In this document: in pieces, positions 52,301 to 64,000 of the stretch | Position numbering within the stretch: the first letter of the stretch is position 1 | How the letters are laid out: each line of letters starts with the position of its first letter | Source of the DNA: Tubulanus polymorphus | Lineage: Eukaryota > Animalia > Nemertea | Length of the DNA stretch: 64,000 nt | Direction: 5' to 3' | Assembly: GCF_964204645.1 (NCBI RefSeq) | Contig: NC_134030.1 | Span: forward strand, 11,553,947-11,617,946 | Program-made: the position numbers and the translations under genes | Notes under the pieces: generated by a model | Database searches by the model: none | What the model was told of the DNA's origin: nothing | Seen by the model: only the letters and a program-made list of their open reading frames with translations

Positions 52301-55300
52301 ATCTGTTGTGTGCCGCTATTTCCCATTAATTTCTAATGATTAAGAAACTAAGCTTTAATTGTCGATTTTAAATAGTGACGCTGCTTAAGACTTATTGGCC
52401 CGCTTAGTATCTGGAAGAAAACTGAATATTCAAGAGCTTAAACTTCTTTGTGAATAGAAATGAATTGTTTCATGGATCTTCATGAAAAATATTAACAAAT
52501 GTTGTTTTCTGCTTGATGTGTAAAACTTCCTATCTCAACAAATAATCGATGGCTTTCAATTTATTCCAATTTGTTTGCTCGAGATCACTGCGGCATCAAG
52601 ATCTATAACTCAATTTACCTTCGGAAATATTCGAGAATTTTCCAATTTTGGATGTGCTAGATCAGCATAGATAAATGTGAGGGATTATTTGTACATTCAA
52701 CAAAATTAGATATCTCTGTTAATTACGAAATTATTTGCAGTTTCTGATTGATAGAATTCATTATACGCTATTAATGATCATAAGGGCTAGGGTTCATTAA
52801 AATGTCTCGATTCGAAAATTAGACAAATTCCGATGTTTCTATTGAACGCAATTACAATTCAACCTGTGAATCGATGAATACCTCTACGAAAAACTGGGGT
52901 GATATTTTTTGATTGTGCCGAATCTGCTCTTCGATCTATTCGCTTCTGCGTAGCCTTGGAATGATGGAATATACACTATGACAAATGGTCGTCATTATGT
53001 GTATGACAGCTATCAAGTTCTATAACCGCGGTAGTTGATGGACCGGAAAATATAATTCTCCCTCAGCTCGCTATGTAACTATTCAACTGGAACATTCATA
53101 CGAAAAGGATTTCCCTCATCCAAAATTTCATCTTACGGCTGATCAACGTATACGTTTTTTTGCGTGGAAATGGTTAACTGATGCTTATGCGCTATCCACT
53201 TTTGACAAAGCTCTATTTAATTTTGGATATGAAATCATATTTGGAGCAAGACCCGTGCAGTTTTGGAGACTAATTTACGATCTCTTAAACCATGTTTTCT
53301 TTTACTTATCACTCAAAATAACTCGACCAAAATGTCTAAAATAATTTGTGATTAATGGAATCGTTGACTGCAGACAACTCTTAATCTAGACAGCCTATTT
53401 TGTATTTAGTAACTTGTATATCAATGTTGTCAGAAGCAAACAAAAACAGCAAGATGCTGTGTTGTTAAAATCTAAATGTTTTATTGTAGCATAACTCAAT
53501 AGCAAATCATTTCATGAAATTTTTTTGGGCTGAATGAATTCATTCATTGGTGAATGTTACTTACTTGATTTTTACATGAGTGTACTCATTCCCGTTTTTG
53601 GATTGTTTTCACTGCGATATTTCACTTTATTAATCCCTATCGCTTATTATTATCACAATAGCGGGTCAGTCAATCAAATACGTATCCAACAAATGTCCGA
53701 AGATTACTCACTCGATCATGTGTGTTGCGGTCATTTCACTATCATACAAACGTACAAATGAAAATATTTTTTAAAGTATTTGATCATGATAAGGCGTAAC
53801 GATATTCATTTATTTCGGTCGCTGAGAGTGGTATATCCGTGGTGATGCAAGGTGATTTAGTCTGAATGACAGGATATCGCTGCTTGGTCGGTACACTCGC
53901 ATGTAGTCTCATAGTGACAGTTGTCAAGCGCATTTCCATTAACAGTTAGTTCGACCGCAGTCTCTAATGCCATATTGACTAGTCTTAATCTATCTTACGC
54001 TTTCATCCTCAGTTTATCTTGTCTGTGAAATTTTACACTTTGGATGTCGATTTTTTGCATATTATTTATTTCACCTTCAGCGCGATGTAGTCAAACTTAA
54101 ACAGACCTATTCAATACTGCCTGTATAAGTATGGCAGGGACAATTCATGAAATTGTCATAGTTCTGGCTTTAAAGTTGGATTGTATTAATGAGGCAACAT
54201 ATGAAAGAACAACATATATTTAGGATTGAACATTTAGTTCTACGTATATCACTAAAAAGAGTCACCCTTGAATAGTTTGAGCATCTATAGCTGTGGTGCA
54301 TCGGTTGTCTGACTGGGGGGTTTCGTCAAGAGGCACCCAGCGAGTAATTATGAGATTCAGCAAGGCATGTGCTCCTATGATTGGTAAAAAAAGTTGTACT
54401 AAAAAGACAATTAAAACCCTTTACTGGAAAGTGATGAACTACATGAGTGATCTGCATGAATGGTAGGTGGTGGCTGTCAACTTGGCGCAACCACACAATA
54501 CCTTATTGCTGCATACTGTTGACAGTGTAGTAAATTCAGTAACTGATTGGTGGCGCATGTGACACTTGCCGCAACTCAAAAAAAAATGTGCCGCTTAAAG
54601 AGTTTTTAGGGGTAATGCAGGTTTACCTTTATAGGAGTGATAGTATAATCAGCCATACTACATGAATAGTAATTCAGGAGTGAACCTGTCAAGCACGGTA
54701 TGGACTTATGTATATTAAGTTTGTGTCGAGAAAAACAGAGATGATTGATCTTTATTAAACTCATGTTGATGAAATGAACTATTTCAACCAGGAGACAACA
54801 GACCTTTTAATTAGGCCTATATGCATGAGTGACAGCTATATGAAAGTACAAAGTTTCAATTCAGTTGAGATGACGCGTAGCTAAACTATTATCTACATCC
54901 GAGGTGACTATTTTCTTTGACAATGAGTTTCCATCAGAAAAACTGATCAAAGGTTTCTTTCTGCGGCATTCCAGAGACAACCAACCAAGTGTGAGCGGTC
55001 TCATGTTAAGAAGGCAGCCAAATTGTGTGATCCTAGTTTAATCTGTGTAAGAATCTGGCGTGATTGAATTTTCGATAAGATATTTATCATTGATTTCTAC
55101 CACAATGACTCGACTATTGGAATACATCTCAACAACTTAACATCAAACACTTCCAACTGAAATTTATTTTCAAGATGGTAGGTGATAACTGATTTAGTAT
55201 GATAAAGATGTTAGTGAAATGCGTGTTCACGGTCATTGTCAATCTCTGTGTAGCCGCATCGGGCTTAAGGTAATCCACTCACGACAGCGGTGAAACCTTA

Positions 55301-56760
55301 CGAATGAATCCTCGATACAATCTCCTGTACGACACGAAATAATACCAACTCCGGTAACTATCTGATTAAAACTTCCCACCACATGCACTGATAGGTATCT
55401 GAATGTCATAGTGATTTACTGTTATACGCGTAATGAAAGTAACTTCTTTCATTTTGTGATGTATGTGTGCAACACAGTAAACAGTCGTTCATGCACATTT
55501 CTTTATAGTATATTTTTAATATTTATGCGATATTGCGTAATGATTAATTTGATTCATTCATTTTCATAGTACCTCATTACGTATCATTTCTTTCATACAA
55601 TATTATGTTGATCTGTGAAGGACTCGATCGTCTAAAGCCAAAAAGCTGTTGCTCTGTACAGAGAGAATCAAAACCGTAACTGCATTTCAAGGCAAATCAG
55701 CTAGGAATATACAAATGTAAATAATGTCTATGGCAGCATAGTAATACAATGATTTAGAGCAGTGAAAGTAATTTATTTTTGAAAAATGAATTTTTATCTC
55801 TAAATTTAATGTAAAATGTGTTGAGGATGCTGTTGAGAATTAAGCTTCTCATCACGCAGATATCAGGCACGGACTCCACATCATTTCCTATGTAGTTTCA
55901 ATTTTCTGAGTTGTGATGTTGGCATTACAACAATTATTGTAAGATTTCAATACTTCGAGGCTTCCTTTTCCATCAAGCTTTACTGAATGTTTATGGTCAA
56001 GAGAGATTATTCAAATGAACTATTTCAATGCGTAATACTATTCTTGATCCACTTTTTCGTGTGGTCATGTGCGAATTAAGGATTATAGCTATCATTGTGT
56101 TATATGGTCCATTCTTTTGTTTTTATGAATATGCTTTTGGGTTCATGTTTTTAATCTCTTATTTATCTATTCTTTTAAAACCCCAACAGAAACACACTTC
56201 CGTTCCACATAGAAACAAATTTATCAGCGATTTTTACGGACCAAAAGCATTTTAATTCTAATAATACGAAAATAATTGGCAAAACCAGAGAAAATCTCAC
56301 CAGATATTCAAAATGCAAAAATAATGACGGAAAAGCTACTAACATGGCAATAGCTATCATCATTCTTTTAAAATTGAGTTCTTTGAAAAATTTATTTTCT
56401 CATATTCATCAAGAGTGTCCCTTGCAAATCCACCTCAGATGCTTGGAATGAAACAGGTGGCTGCGATTTTGAAATCGGAAAACAAAAATCGGAGATCAAA
56501 ATATTGAAGGTTGAATTTACCCAATGTTTGTTATAAATGGAAATACAGTAGCATGTATAATACTGTGAATTCACATTAAGACATTCAATTCATATTTTTA
56601 GATCAGCTTCGAATTTCAAGGCAGCGGTAAACCATATGGTAAGTTCAGTCTGTTGGTAGTGTCAATGAATTCTTTGCGCTATGCTATGCATCACCACTGT
56701 GCAAATTTCACTGAAATGAATAATAGTTATTGTCGCTTGAATCGATTGCCTGAAACATAA

Positions 56761-57529
56761 AGGCTGGCTTATGTCGACAAGCAACGCGACGCCGACTAGT
56801 GGCCTACAGGAGGCCGCCAGTTGCTGCTCTATCGGTTCGACATAAGCCGGCTTGCGATGGCAACCCGACGCCTACCGACTCGTTGCAAGCCGTATCCGGC
56901 TAGTTGCCCATGTTCTACTCCGGCCTACGGTAGGCGGACAGTTGATTTCGATCGCAACCGACATAAGCTCATCTGCGACGCGACGGAACTGAGCACAAGG
57001 GTTCCAGCCAATAAGAGACCACGTGTACATAGTACAAATTATGACCGCTAGTTAGCGTCATTCGTAATTAGTCATAAACTTTCAAATTCAAGTATTTCGA
57101 AATGTTAACCAAAGTTTCAGCACGGCATAGGACTGGACCGAAGATCTAGAAGCGAAATTGGTAGAATTATGGTGTGAGCGGCCTTCTTTATATGATGTCG
57201 CTAGCTCATTGTATTCAAAACAGAATCAAAAAGATAAAGATCTTAAAGAAATAGCTTTTCTAATAGAAATGTATTTCCCAATAATTCAAAATAAATCAAA
57301 TTTATTCTCAAAATGCTTATCACGTGACCATCTGAGCTGTTGCAGTTGCCAGTAATGGTATCCAACATAAGCAGCGAAGCAACTGGGAGGATCTCGTATC
57401 CCGCTAGTGGGCCTCAGTTGCTGCAAATCAGAGCGCAGTCGACATAAGCTGGGCTGCAATCGCGGTTGCTCTCAGTTGTGTCGGTGGGAGTCGGTAGGCG
57501 TCGCGTTGCTTGTCGACATAAGCCAGCCT
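56761..57529 (+). mobile_element. Harbinger internal-deletion derivative carrying a MADF/Myb-like fragment
   Basis: 33-bp TIRs AGGCTGGCTTATGTCGACAAGCAACGCGACGCC with TAA TSD on both sides; 57131-57271 encodes WTEDLEAKLVELWCERPSLYDVASSLYSKQNQKDKDLKEIA. Confidence 0.85.
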
Positions 57530-58348
57530 TAAGAAGGTGGAGTGTGCGTAGTTATAATCATGATTTCACCAGAATGGATTGTGGATAAACTCAAATTCCT
57601 CATCACTTCCAACATCATAATCACTCAAATTAGACTAATATACTAAAATGTGATCTACTACTTAGTTTTTGCAACTTGATCGTGGCTTATTGTAAAGATT
57701 GTTGCAGATATTACAGATTGCACGCAATTCCCTGCAATCAGCAATTCACCAATTTCCTATGTGTTATAGCATGGACATTTAAATGTCCATTGCAATTGAT
57801 CTAGTTAAAACCAATAGAAATTAAAGGAAATACCGCAGCGATTACTTTTTTGGCCAGGACATGGCAATTCCTTTGTTGAGACCAATATTTCGTATTATAT
57901 ATTATATTGTAACATTTTTTACTGTCAAAAACGGCCATAGGCCTATGTGCAGACATCCTCTTTGTATAGATATTTTGTGTCCTTTTTTATATAGGTACTG
58001 AGTTCGTTAAAAACGATCTCGAAATGAGGTTTGAGTGTATTATGATCCAAAGCTATTTTTATCGAGCTAGTAGACTTGGCTCAACTTGAAGAAAACCCAA
58101 GAAATACATAGAAAGTAGTGAGAGTGAGAGAGTAGTGACATTTTGACACAATCCTGTATGAGCCGTTTTCCAAAGTGACAAAACCGTTTTAAAAATGGCT
58201 TATATTCATTTGAAATGTCACTACTGTAATAGCTTTTTGACATAATTGCAGATTTTTCTCCAATTTGAAATATACACAGTCACTTGTCTATGGAAACCAA
58301 TTAACTCAGCTTGGTGACGTACAATATTGCTAGTTTGTGTTATTTCAG

Positions 58349-58489
58349 AGATTGTATTGCTCGATGGATTGTGGAAATGAAGTTATTCTGGAGACAGTTG
58401 AAGGAAAAGGAATAATTACTTTGAATCGTCCTAAAGCTCTCAATACCTTAAATCTATCGATGATTCGGACTATCATGCCTCAAATACGT
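58349..58489 (+). CDS. HIBCH: 3-hydroxyisobutyryl-CoA hydrolase, internal coding exon (RLYCSMDCGNEVILE...ITLNRPKALNTLNLSMIRTIMPQIR)
   Basis: AG/GT bounded, 141 nt; crotonase-fold LNRPKALN motif. Confidence 0.93.
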
Positions 58490-58648
58490 GTATGTTGCAA
58501 TCTGAATTTACTGAGTGATAAATCTTCATGCTTCAGATAAAACTAATGTTAACTTTTTTCCCTAAATTTACCATCAAACGTTGGTAATTTATTGCATGAT
58601 GCTACTCATGTAAAATGTCATTTTGTTTATGTGACATTTCTATTTCAG

Positions 58649-58733
58649 ATATGGGAAGAAGATCCGCACATTTCTATGATCATGATTAAGGGAACGGGCG
58701 GTAAAGCATTTTGTGCAGGCGGAGATGTGAGAG
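58649..58733 (+). CDS. HIBCH: HIBCH exon ([28 protein letters not shown])
   Basis: AG/GT bounded, 85 nt; AFCAGGD oxyanion motif; phase compatible. Confidence 0.95.
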
Positions 58734-59026
58734 GTAAATGTTCTAAGTTTTAATCTTAAGCAGCGAAGAAATTTGATAGGCCTTTTCAATGAGAGACAAA
58801 GATCGAGAATATTAACTCCTATACTTAAGGGACTGTTGCAGATTCCAAATATGAACAACCTACATTAAAAGGTGATGGTGGATATGAAATATGTTCTAAA
58901 TTGTTAACAGACTTGAACATCATAAGCGACTAGGCCTATCGCAAATACATTTTTTACTCCCAAATTTCATCACTTGTTCTGTATTTTCCTGACGTTCAAT
59001 TGTCAAAAATTATCAAACTGAAATAG

Positions 59027-59290
59027 GTAACGAGACGAGTAGTACTGTATAGTTTAACTATTTATTTGACGCACGAGCTTTCGCTTCTAATGAATAGGAG
59101 CTTCATCAGGTGAATGAGTATAGTCAATAGAAAAACAACTGTTGTTTTTCTATTGACTATACTCATTCACCTGATGAAGCTTCTATTCATTAGAAGCGAA
59201 AGCTCGTGTGTCAAATAAATAATTAACCTATACAGTACTACTCGTCTCGTTACTTATTTTAAACCTGGTTAACACAGCTACTCTACAAAG
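59027..59290. mobile_element. Penelope-like insertion: inverted pLTR pair with 12-bp TSD, in HIBCH intron
   Basis: Palindrome of ~120-bp arms centred at 59140; AAACTGAAATAG at 59015-59026 and 59291-59302. Confidence 0.75.
59168..59208 (+). ncRNA. Minimal hammerhead ribozyme (mirror copy on minus strand 59072-59112)
   Basis: CAC-CUGAUGA-A-GCUUCUA-uucau-UAGAAGC-GAAA-GCUC-GUG. Confidence 0.8.
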
Positions 59291-60258
59291 AAACTGAAAT
59301 AGAAAATAGTACCATTCTAGTGTCACAATTCGGGAATTTTTACATTAGGTCAACACTTATAGTTTATTTGTTTGTATGAAGCGGGTGGAGGATTTATTTC
59401 TAATGAAAAACTATTGGCAGTTTTGACACAGTACCTGTGGGGAATCAGAAGCAGATGTATGACATTTGATTATATCGAAAACTAATAAGAATTTTGATGG
59501 TAATACGGATGTGGACAATGTCTTTACAGATTACATCTCAGTTTTTAATACATCAGTTAATATTCCATGACAAACTTTATATCTTTGTGCCTACTGATAC
59601 TATGAACTATAAACTATATGAACTATAGAAACAAACTGCTGGAAAAAGCGGGTACCTGGCGCTTTAGATATTACTAAAATATGAATTATGCTCCAGTATT
59701 AACAACCTCCTATTATTGATACAAAAATTATATGATAAAGGAAGAATTTAGATAATTCCATTAGTTTTCTTGAGAATCTACTCATACGTAGACTGGAATG
59801 CACTGGCCTAATTAGTTCCAACTTCTGAAATGTAAAATATTTCAGATATGTACTGTGATACGTTCCATTGAACATTTCCTAGCTTGACTGCCTACAGCCG
59901 TGGTGGCTCAGTTATTCATGTCTCATACTAGATCAGGTGTCCGACTCCACTGAGTGGGTTAAAAATTTTTTTTCCTTTCCACATTTCTATTCACTTCATG
60001 GTCTGCTACTCGACTCCATTACACATGGCCTGATCGTAATTCTCCTTGGTGTAGGACCCAGCCATGAGCCAGGTTATCCAATTTCCTGAGATCCCAAGGC
60101 GTGCAAGAAATCATGGGGGTATAAAAACTCAGAAAAAACCTAAATTCAATGAAGCAAATGGCGTAATATTCCTAACATTGCTGGAACCATGCGGTTTCAT
60201 TATTTATCGAAAGAAGTAGTTCAGAGAACGAGATTTCAAGATTTATTATTTCCCACAG

Positions 60259-60339
60259 CTATAACTGAAAGTGGTAAAGAAGGCACATCATACCACAAAG
60301 ATTTCTTCAAAGAAGAATACATCCTGAACAATGCAATAG
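60259..60339 (+). CDS. HIBCH: HIBCH exon (AITESGKEGTSYHKDFFKEEYILNNAIG)
   Basis: AG/GT bounded, 81 nt; FFxEEY motif; phase 1-1. Confidence 0.95.
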
Positions 60340-60505
60340 GTAAGTACAGCAATCCTTCCTGACAATGTTTACTTAACAATGCCATGACAAAGGGAAGTGG
60401 CACACTTCTGAAACCAGATACAATTCATACACAATAATATAACCCATGTCAAACATTTTTGGTTGACCCATATTTTGCCAGGCCTATTAGGCACTGGCCG
60501 ATTTG

Positions 60506-60654
60506 AGGCGTTTTTACGAGCATCCGATTTTTGTGATCAATCGTAGGAACGCATTTACGAGCACCGATTTTTGCGAACGTTCAATTCGATCGCACGATCG
60601 GAGCAAATCGTTCACGAAATGGATCGCAAAAATCGGATGCTCGTAAAAATGCCT
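60506..60654. mobile_element. Harbinger-type MITE, 149 bp
   Basis: TIRs AGGCGTTTTTACGAGCATCCGATTTTTG / inverse; 3-bp TSD TTG. Confidence 0.8.
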
Positions 60655-61352
60655 TTGGCCCAAGCCTCATTTGAGATTGTGTGATTATGGCGTATGGCAG
60701 CTCACTACAATATCCTGAAAGGATGACTTAATGGAATTTGAAATATACAGTTTATCGACTTTTTGAGAAAGGTTCAATGCAGTATATGTAAATATATTGG
60801 AACCTTTTTGTCGTAACTTTTAGAATGGAGTTAATTGAAATTTCTCATTTGTAACATAATCTTAAGCTTGTCATGCAAGATAAATAACACTAGGCAAATC
60901 AATCTCAAGAATTTTGTCTAGTGTGTCAAGGAAACCCACAATGCACATTTTATAGTCACCAATTGCGTAATTTTCCTAGTGTGCTTAATCCTACACCAAA
61001 TAAATTCGCAGAAAAAAATTTATCTTGATTATTTGATTGGCGAATTTTTTCCATGAATTCATATTGGCTCCAAATTGCTTAAATGCCTTTGTCTCCTGAA
61101 TTCATTCACATGCGAATGATTACCAATAAAATCAATGTACTAGTGCATCTCAAGCTTAAGTTTTGTGATCTCCAATAAATCAATGTTTTATGATTTGGTT
61201 ATGACAAGATTCGACTATGTACTGTTGCAGCAGTAGCCTAAGAATTAGACGTGCAGTTGAGGGGTATACATGTATAATAAATAAAACACCATCGAGGAGG
61301 ATCCTCACTCACCTAATTGTGTAGTTCATCGGCTGTGAATTTATCTTTTCAG

Positions 61353-61405
61353 GAACGTTGCAGATTCCTTACATTGCCTTAATTGATGGCATAACAATGG
61401 GAGGA
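61353..61405 (+). CDS. HIBCH: HIBCH exon (GTLQIPYIALIDGITMGG)
   Basis: AG/GT bounded, 53 nt; GITMGG motif. Confidence 0.95.
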
Positions 61406-61907
61406 GTAAGTTGAAAACTTGTTTGTTGATTTGTGAATCCTTTTTGAATAATTTAATTTAGAAGGTTTTTGATATTCGCTCCTGCTTTTTGTTGGGCAGA
61501 GCTGCCGACCATCCCTAAATACTTTTCCTCATAATACTAGATATTTTTTACTTGATATTCTCCATATTTCTCCTGATATTGAGATTGATATTCTCGAGAA
61601 ATCAATTTCTATCAAACCTCTTTACACAACCTACATATTCACTGAATTGATGATGCTCATTTAATCCAATCTAATCCAAATTTACTGTGTAAAGATCTTG
61701 TATTGGTCTCTGTTACATATATCAGTGTAATGACACCAGGCAAGTTACTGGGGAAAGTACCAGAAATATCTACTGTGTATTAAAAAGTGATTTTTTTTCT
61801 TAACTTGAAAAAATGAAAAATCTGTCCCTAAAAAAAATGGTTGATTGCTCTGAATCTTGTATGATCACATTACAGACAACAGGCTCATTTTAAATTTCAT
61901 TTGACAG

Positions 61908-61986
61908 GGTGTTGGTTTATCAGTGCATGGGACATTTAGGATTGCCACCGAAAGAACCTTATTTGCAATGCCAGAAACTGCAATAG
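61908..61986 (+). CDS. HIBCH: HIBCH exon ([27 protein letters not shown])
   Basis: AG/GT bounded, 79 nt; FAMPETAIG catalytic-region motif. The next exon was not found in the window. Confidence 0.95.
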
Positions 61987-64000
61987 GTATGGTTTATGAT
62001 GAGGTTTGATCTTATGTACTTGTTTGTAAACTATATTTCACATTTCTGTTATCTTTGTATTTACAAATCTTTATTGGTTTACCTTTGTTTGTCAGCGATA
62101 TGAAGTTGGCATTGAGCCAATTCATGTAAAATCGCGGTACGTTTTTTTATGTGAGCATTTGTTTCATTGGTTCTCGGCTTTATAATCGATGCGATTGAAG
62201 ACATGACAGACCTCTGTCAATGACATGGTCAACATTGTTAAAATTCTACGAAAAACTGTTTTTGGCGGGAAAATTCTTAGCTCTCGCGTATAAAATTGCA
62301 ATGACCTCGATTGGGTCTCTACGAGCGAATGTGATTGGCTGTTTTTGGGATATACGTGGAATTCCAGCGCTACTAAAATAATGGGAAAGTCATAGAATGG
62401 CGAACGTTTCATTGGACTAGGCATGCTAGGTGCCGTATAGGTGCGAATTTCAAATGCTCATTGCTGGTGAGAATGTTATTATTATCCGCCATAGGTATTG
62501 TTTCATTTTAATACCCGGTGATTGTTGATTGACATCGAAAACATTCACTTACACGAGGCCTCCACGTGTGCGCGGAGTGCTATAGACTGTTGCACACACA
62601 AAGACACGCTCGTACAGTATACCCTACTATAGTGATACTGTAACGCTGCTTGCTTGCTGGTGCGTTTGACATTTCATCAGCAGAAGATGAGCGCTGTGTT
62701 TTCTGTTTGATATAATTTATAATAAATTGTAATTTCTTGTGACCTGAAAATACTAAGCAGCAAACTATAGCTATAGGTCGAGGTCTGAATATGTAGTAGT
62801 AAATTCCAGGATTTAAAACGATCCAATTACGCCGATTTCTTACTGCGCCAGTTTAGATTCCGCGGCCATACATTGGAAGAGGTTTCCAAGACTAAATATT
62901 CAGCCACCCTCTGATACGTCATATGAATTTTATTTGAATATTTTTTCATATTGTAAAAAATATTTCTTTGAAAATATAAAATAGTTTCCCTGCCGCACCT
63001 ACCTGTACCCTATGAAATTTTGGACGTGGACCGTAAACAAATGTATATTTTTGGTCTTATTTGACTACAAAATAATTCTTTGAGGAAGATGAAATACAAA
63101 AACAAACCTCTAGCTTTCAAGGTAAACCAAACTTTGCCCATGGGCAATTTATTATTCTATGGTGCCATTGGTTGACACATTCATTGGTTGACACGTTCAC
63201 TGCCAGTGATGAGATCATTCGTCATAGTGGGCTTGCCATATTTTGCCAAGATGAGCTATCTTGTCTTACGTAGATGCAATGCTAATACCTTGCTTTCTGG
63301 GAGATCTGGCAGTGGCTAGAACTCAACTAAAACTAAAAATCATCTGGCAGCAGACAGAACCTCAAGTTTATATGTATATTTTTTTCCTCAAATTTGGTGC
63401 ACAGAAAATGATTTTGAATATTTTTGGTGTGACAGGGCAGTGACAATTGGGCATTGGCAAGGGGAAGAAATAAATACAATGATTTGCCAGTGAATAAGCT
63501 AATGCATATTTCTTGTTATCATTTATCTTAAGTTGTAACTTGTTGTCTGTTCGCTTGAGATTAATTCTCTTCCTAGTCAATAATTGTTGAATCAACAGAA
63601 GGCATTATCATGGTCAAAGACCATATAGGGATCGTCACTAGTAAAAATTCTTCCGTTCACCGAACAACACCGTAGTATCTCTACTGCTATGGACATAGTC
63701 CCATAATGCTGTATCGATATAGAACTAATAATCCGATAAAAAGTTGTCTGTAATGCGTCATTTGCCTATATCCATGATCCTAGCTATGAATATCATAGCC
63801 TGTTGTACCTAAGGTCCCAAAATCGTGATGAATTATGACGCATGGGGCTCACCATATCAGTGAATTGTTTATATCGGTTTTACCCAGCAATGAAGTGTTA
63901 TCCCCATCACTATCCTCACAGGTGCTCGCGCACTGATACATTCCTAAGTTGTTCATAGATACTGCGCGGTTCATGGTTCACACTGACTGGGAGAGTATCG

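Overview
Animal genomic DNA, probably from a marine invertebrate (inferred from repeat types and gene structure), in three zones. (1) 1-~12.95 kb is the right-hand part of a very AT-rich, gene-dense, intronless Polinton/Maverick-type endogenous DNA virus. It holds a putative double-jelly-roll major capsid gene running off the left edge, a cluster of membrane-protein genes, a penton-like gene, a zinc-finger gene and a protein-primed family-B DNA polymerase (pPolB). This copy is decaying, with in-frame TAA stops and frameshifts. The main surprise is a full-length 355-codon intein with a LAGLIDADG homing endonuclease inside pPolB catalytic motif C (YFD|intein|TDA). Most minus-strand viral genes also share a fixed-length upstream motif, TAA-T(6-9)-N-TAAATG, which resembles a poxvirus late promoter. 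A hammerhead ribozyme lies in the probable terminal region. (2) ~13-58 kb is repeat-rich host DNA: Harbinger-type MITEs, Helentron-associated-like elements with CTCF-like motif arrays, tRNA-derived elements, a 3.3-kb (CA)-derived satellite and one small single-pass membrane ORF. (3) 58.3-62.0 kb holds five internal coding exons of HIBCH (+ strand), with a palindromic, hammerhead-bearing Penelope-like insertion in an intron. Integrase, packaging ATPase and protease genes are not visible and may lie left of the window. All family calls come from motif recognition, not database searches.
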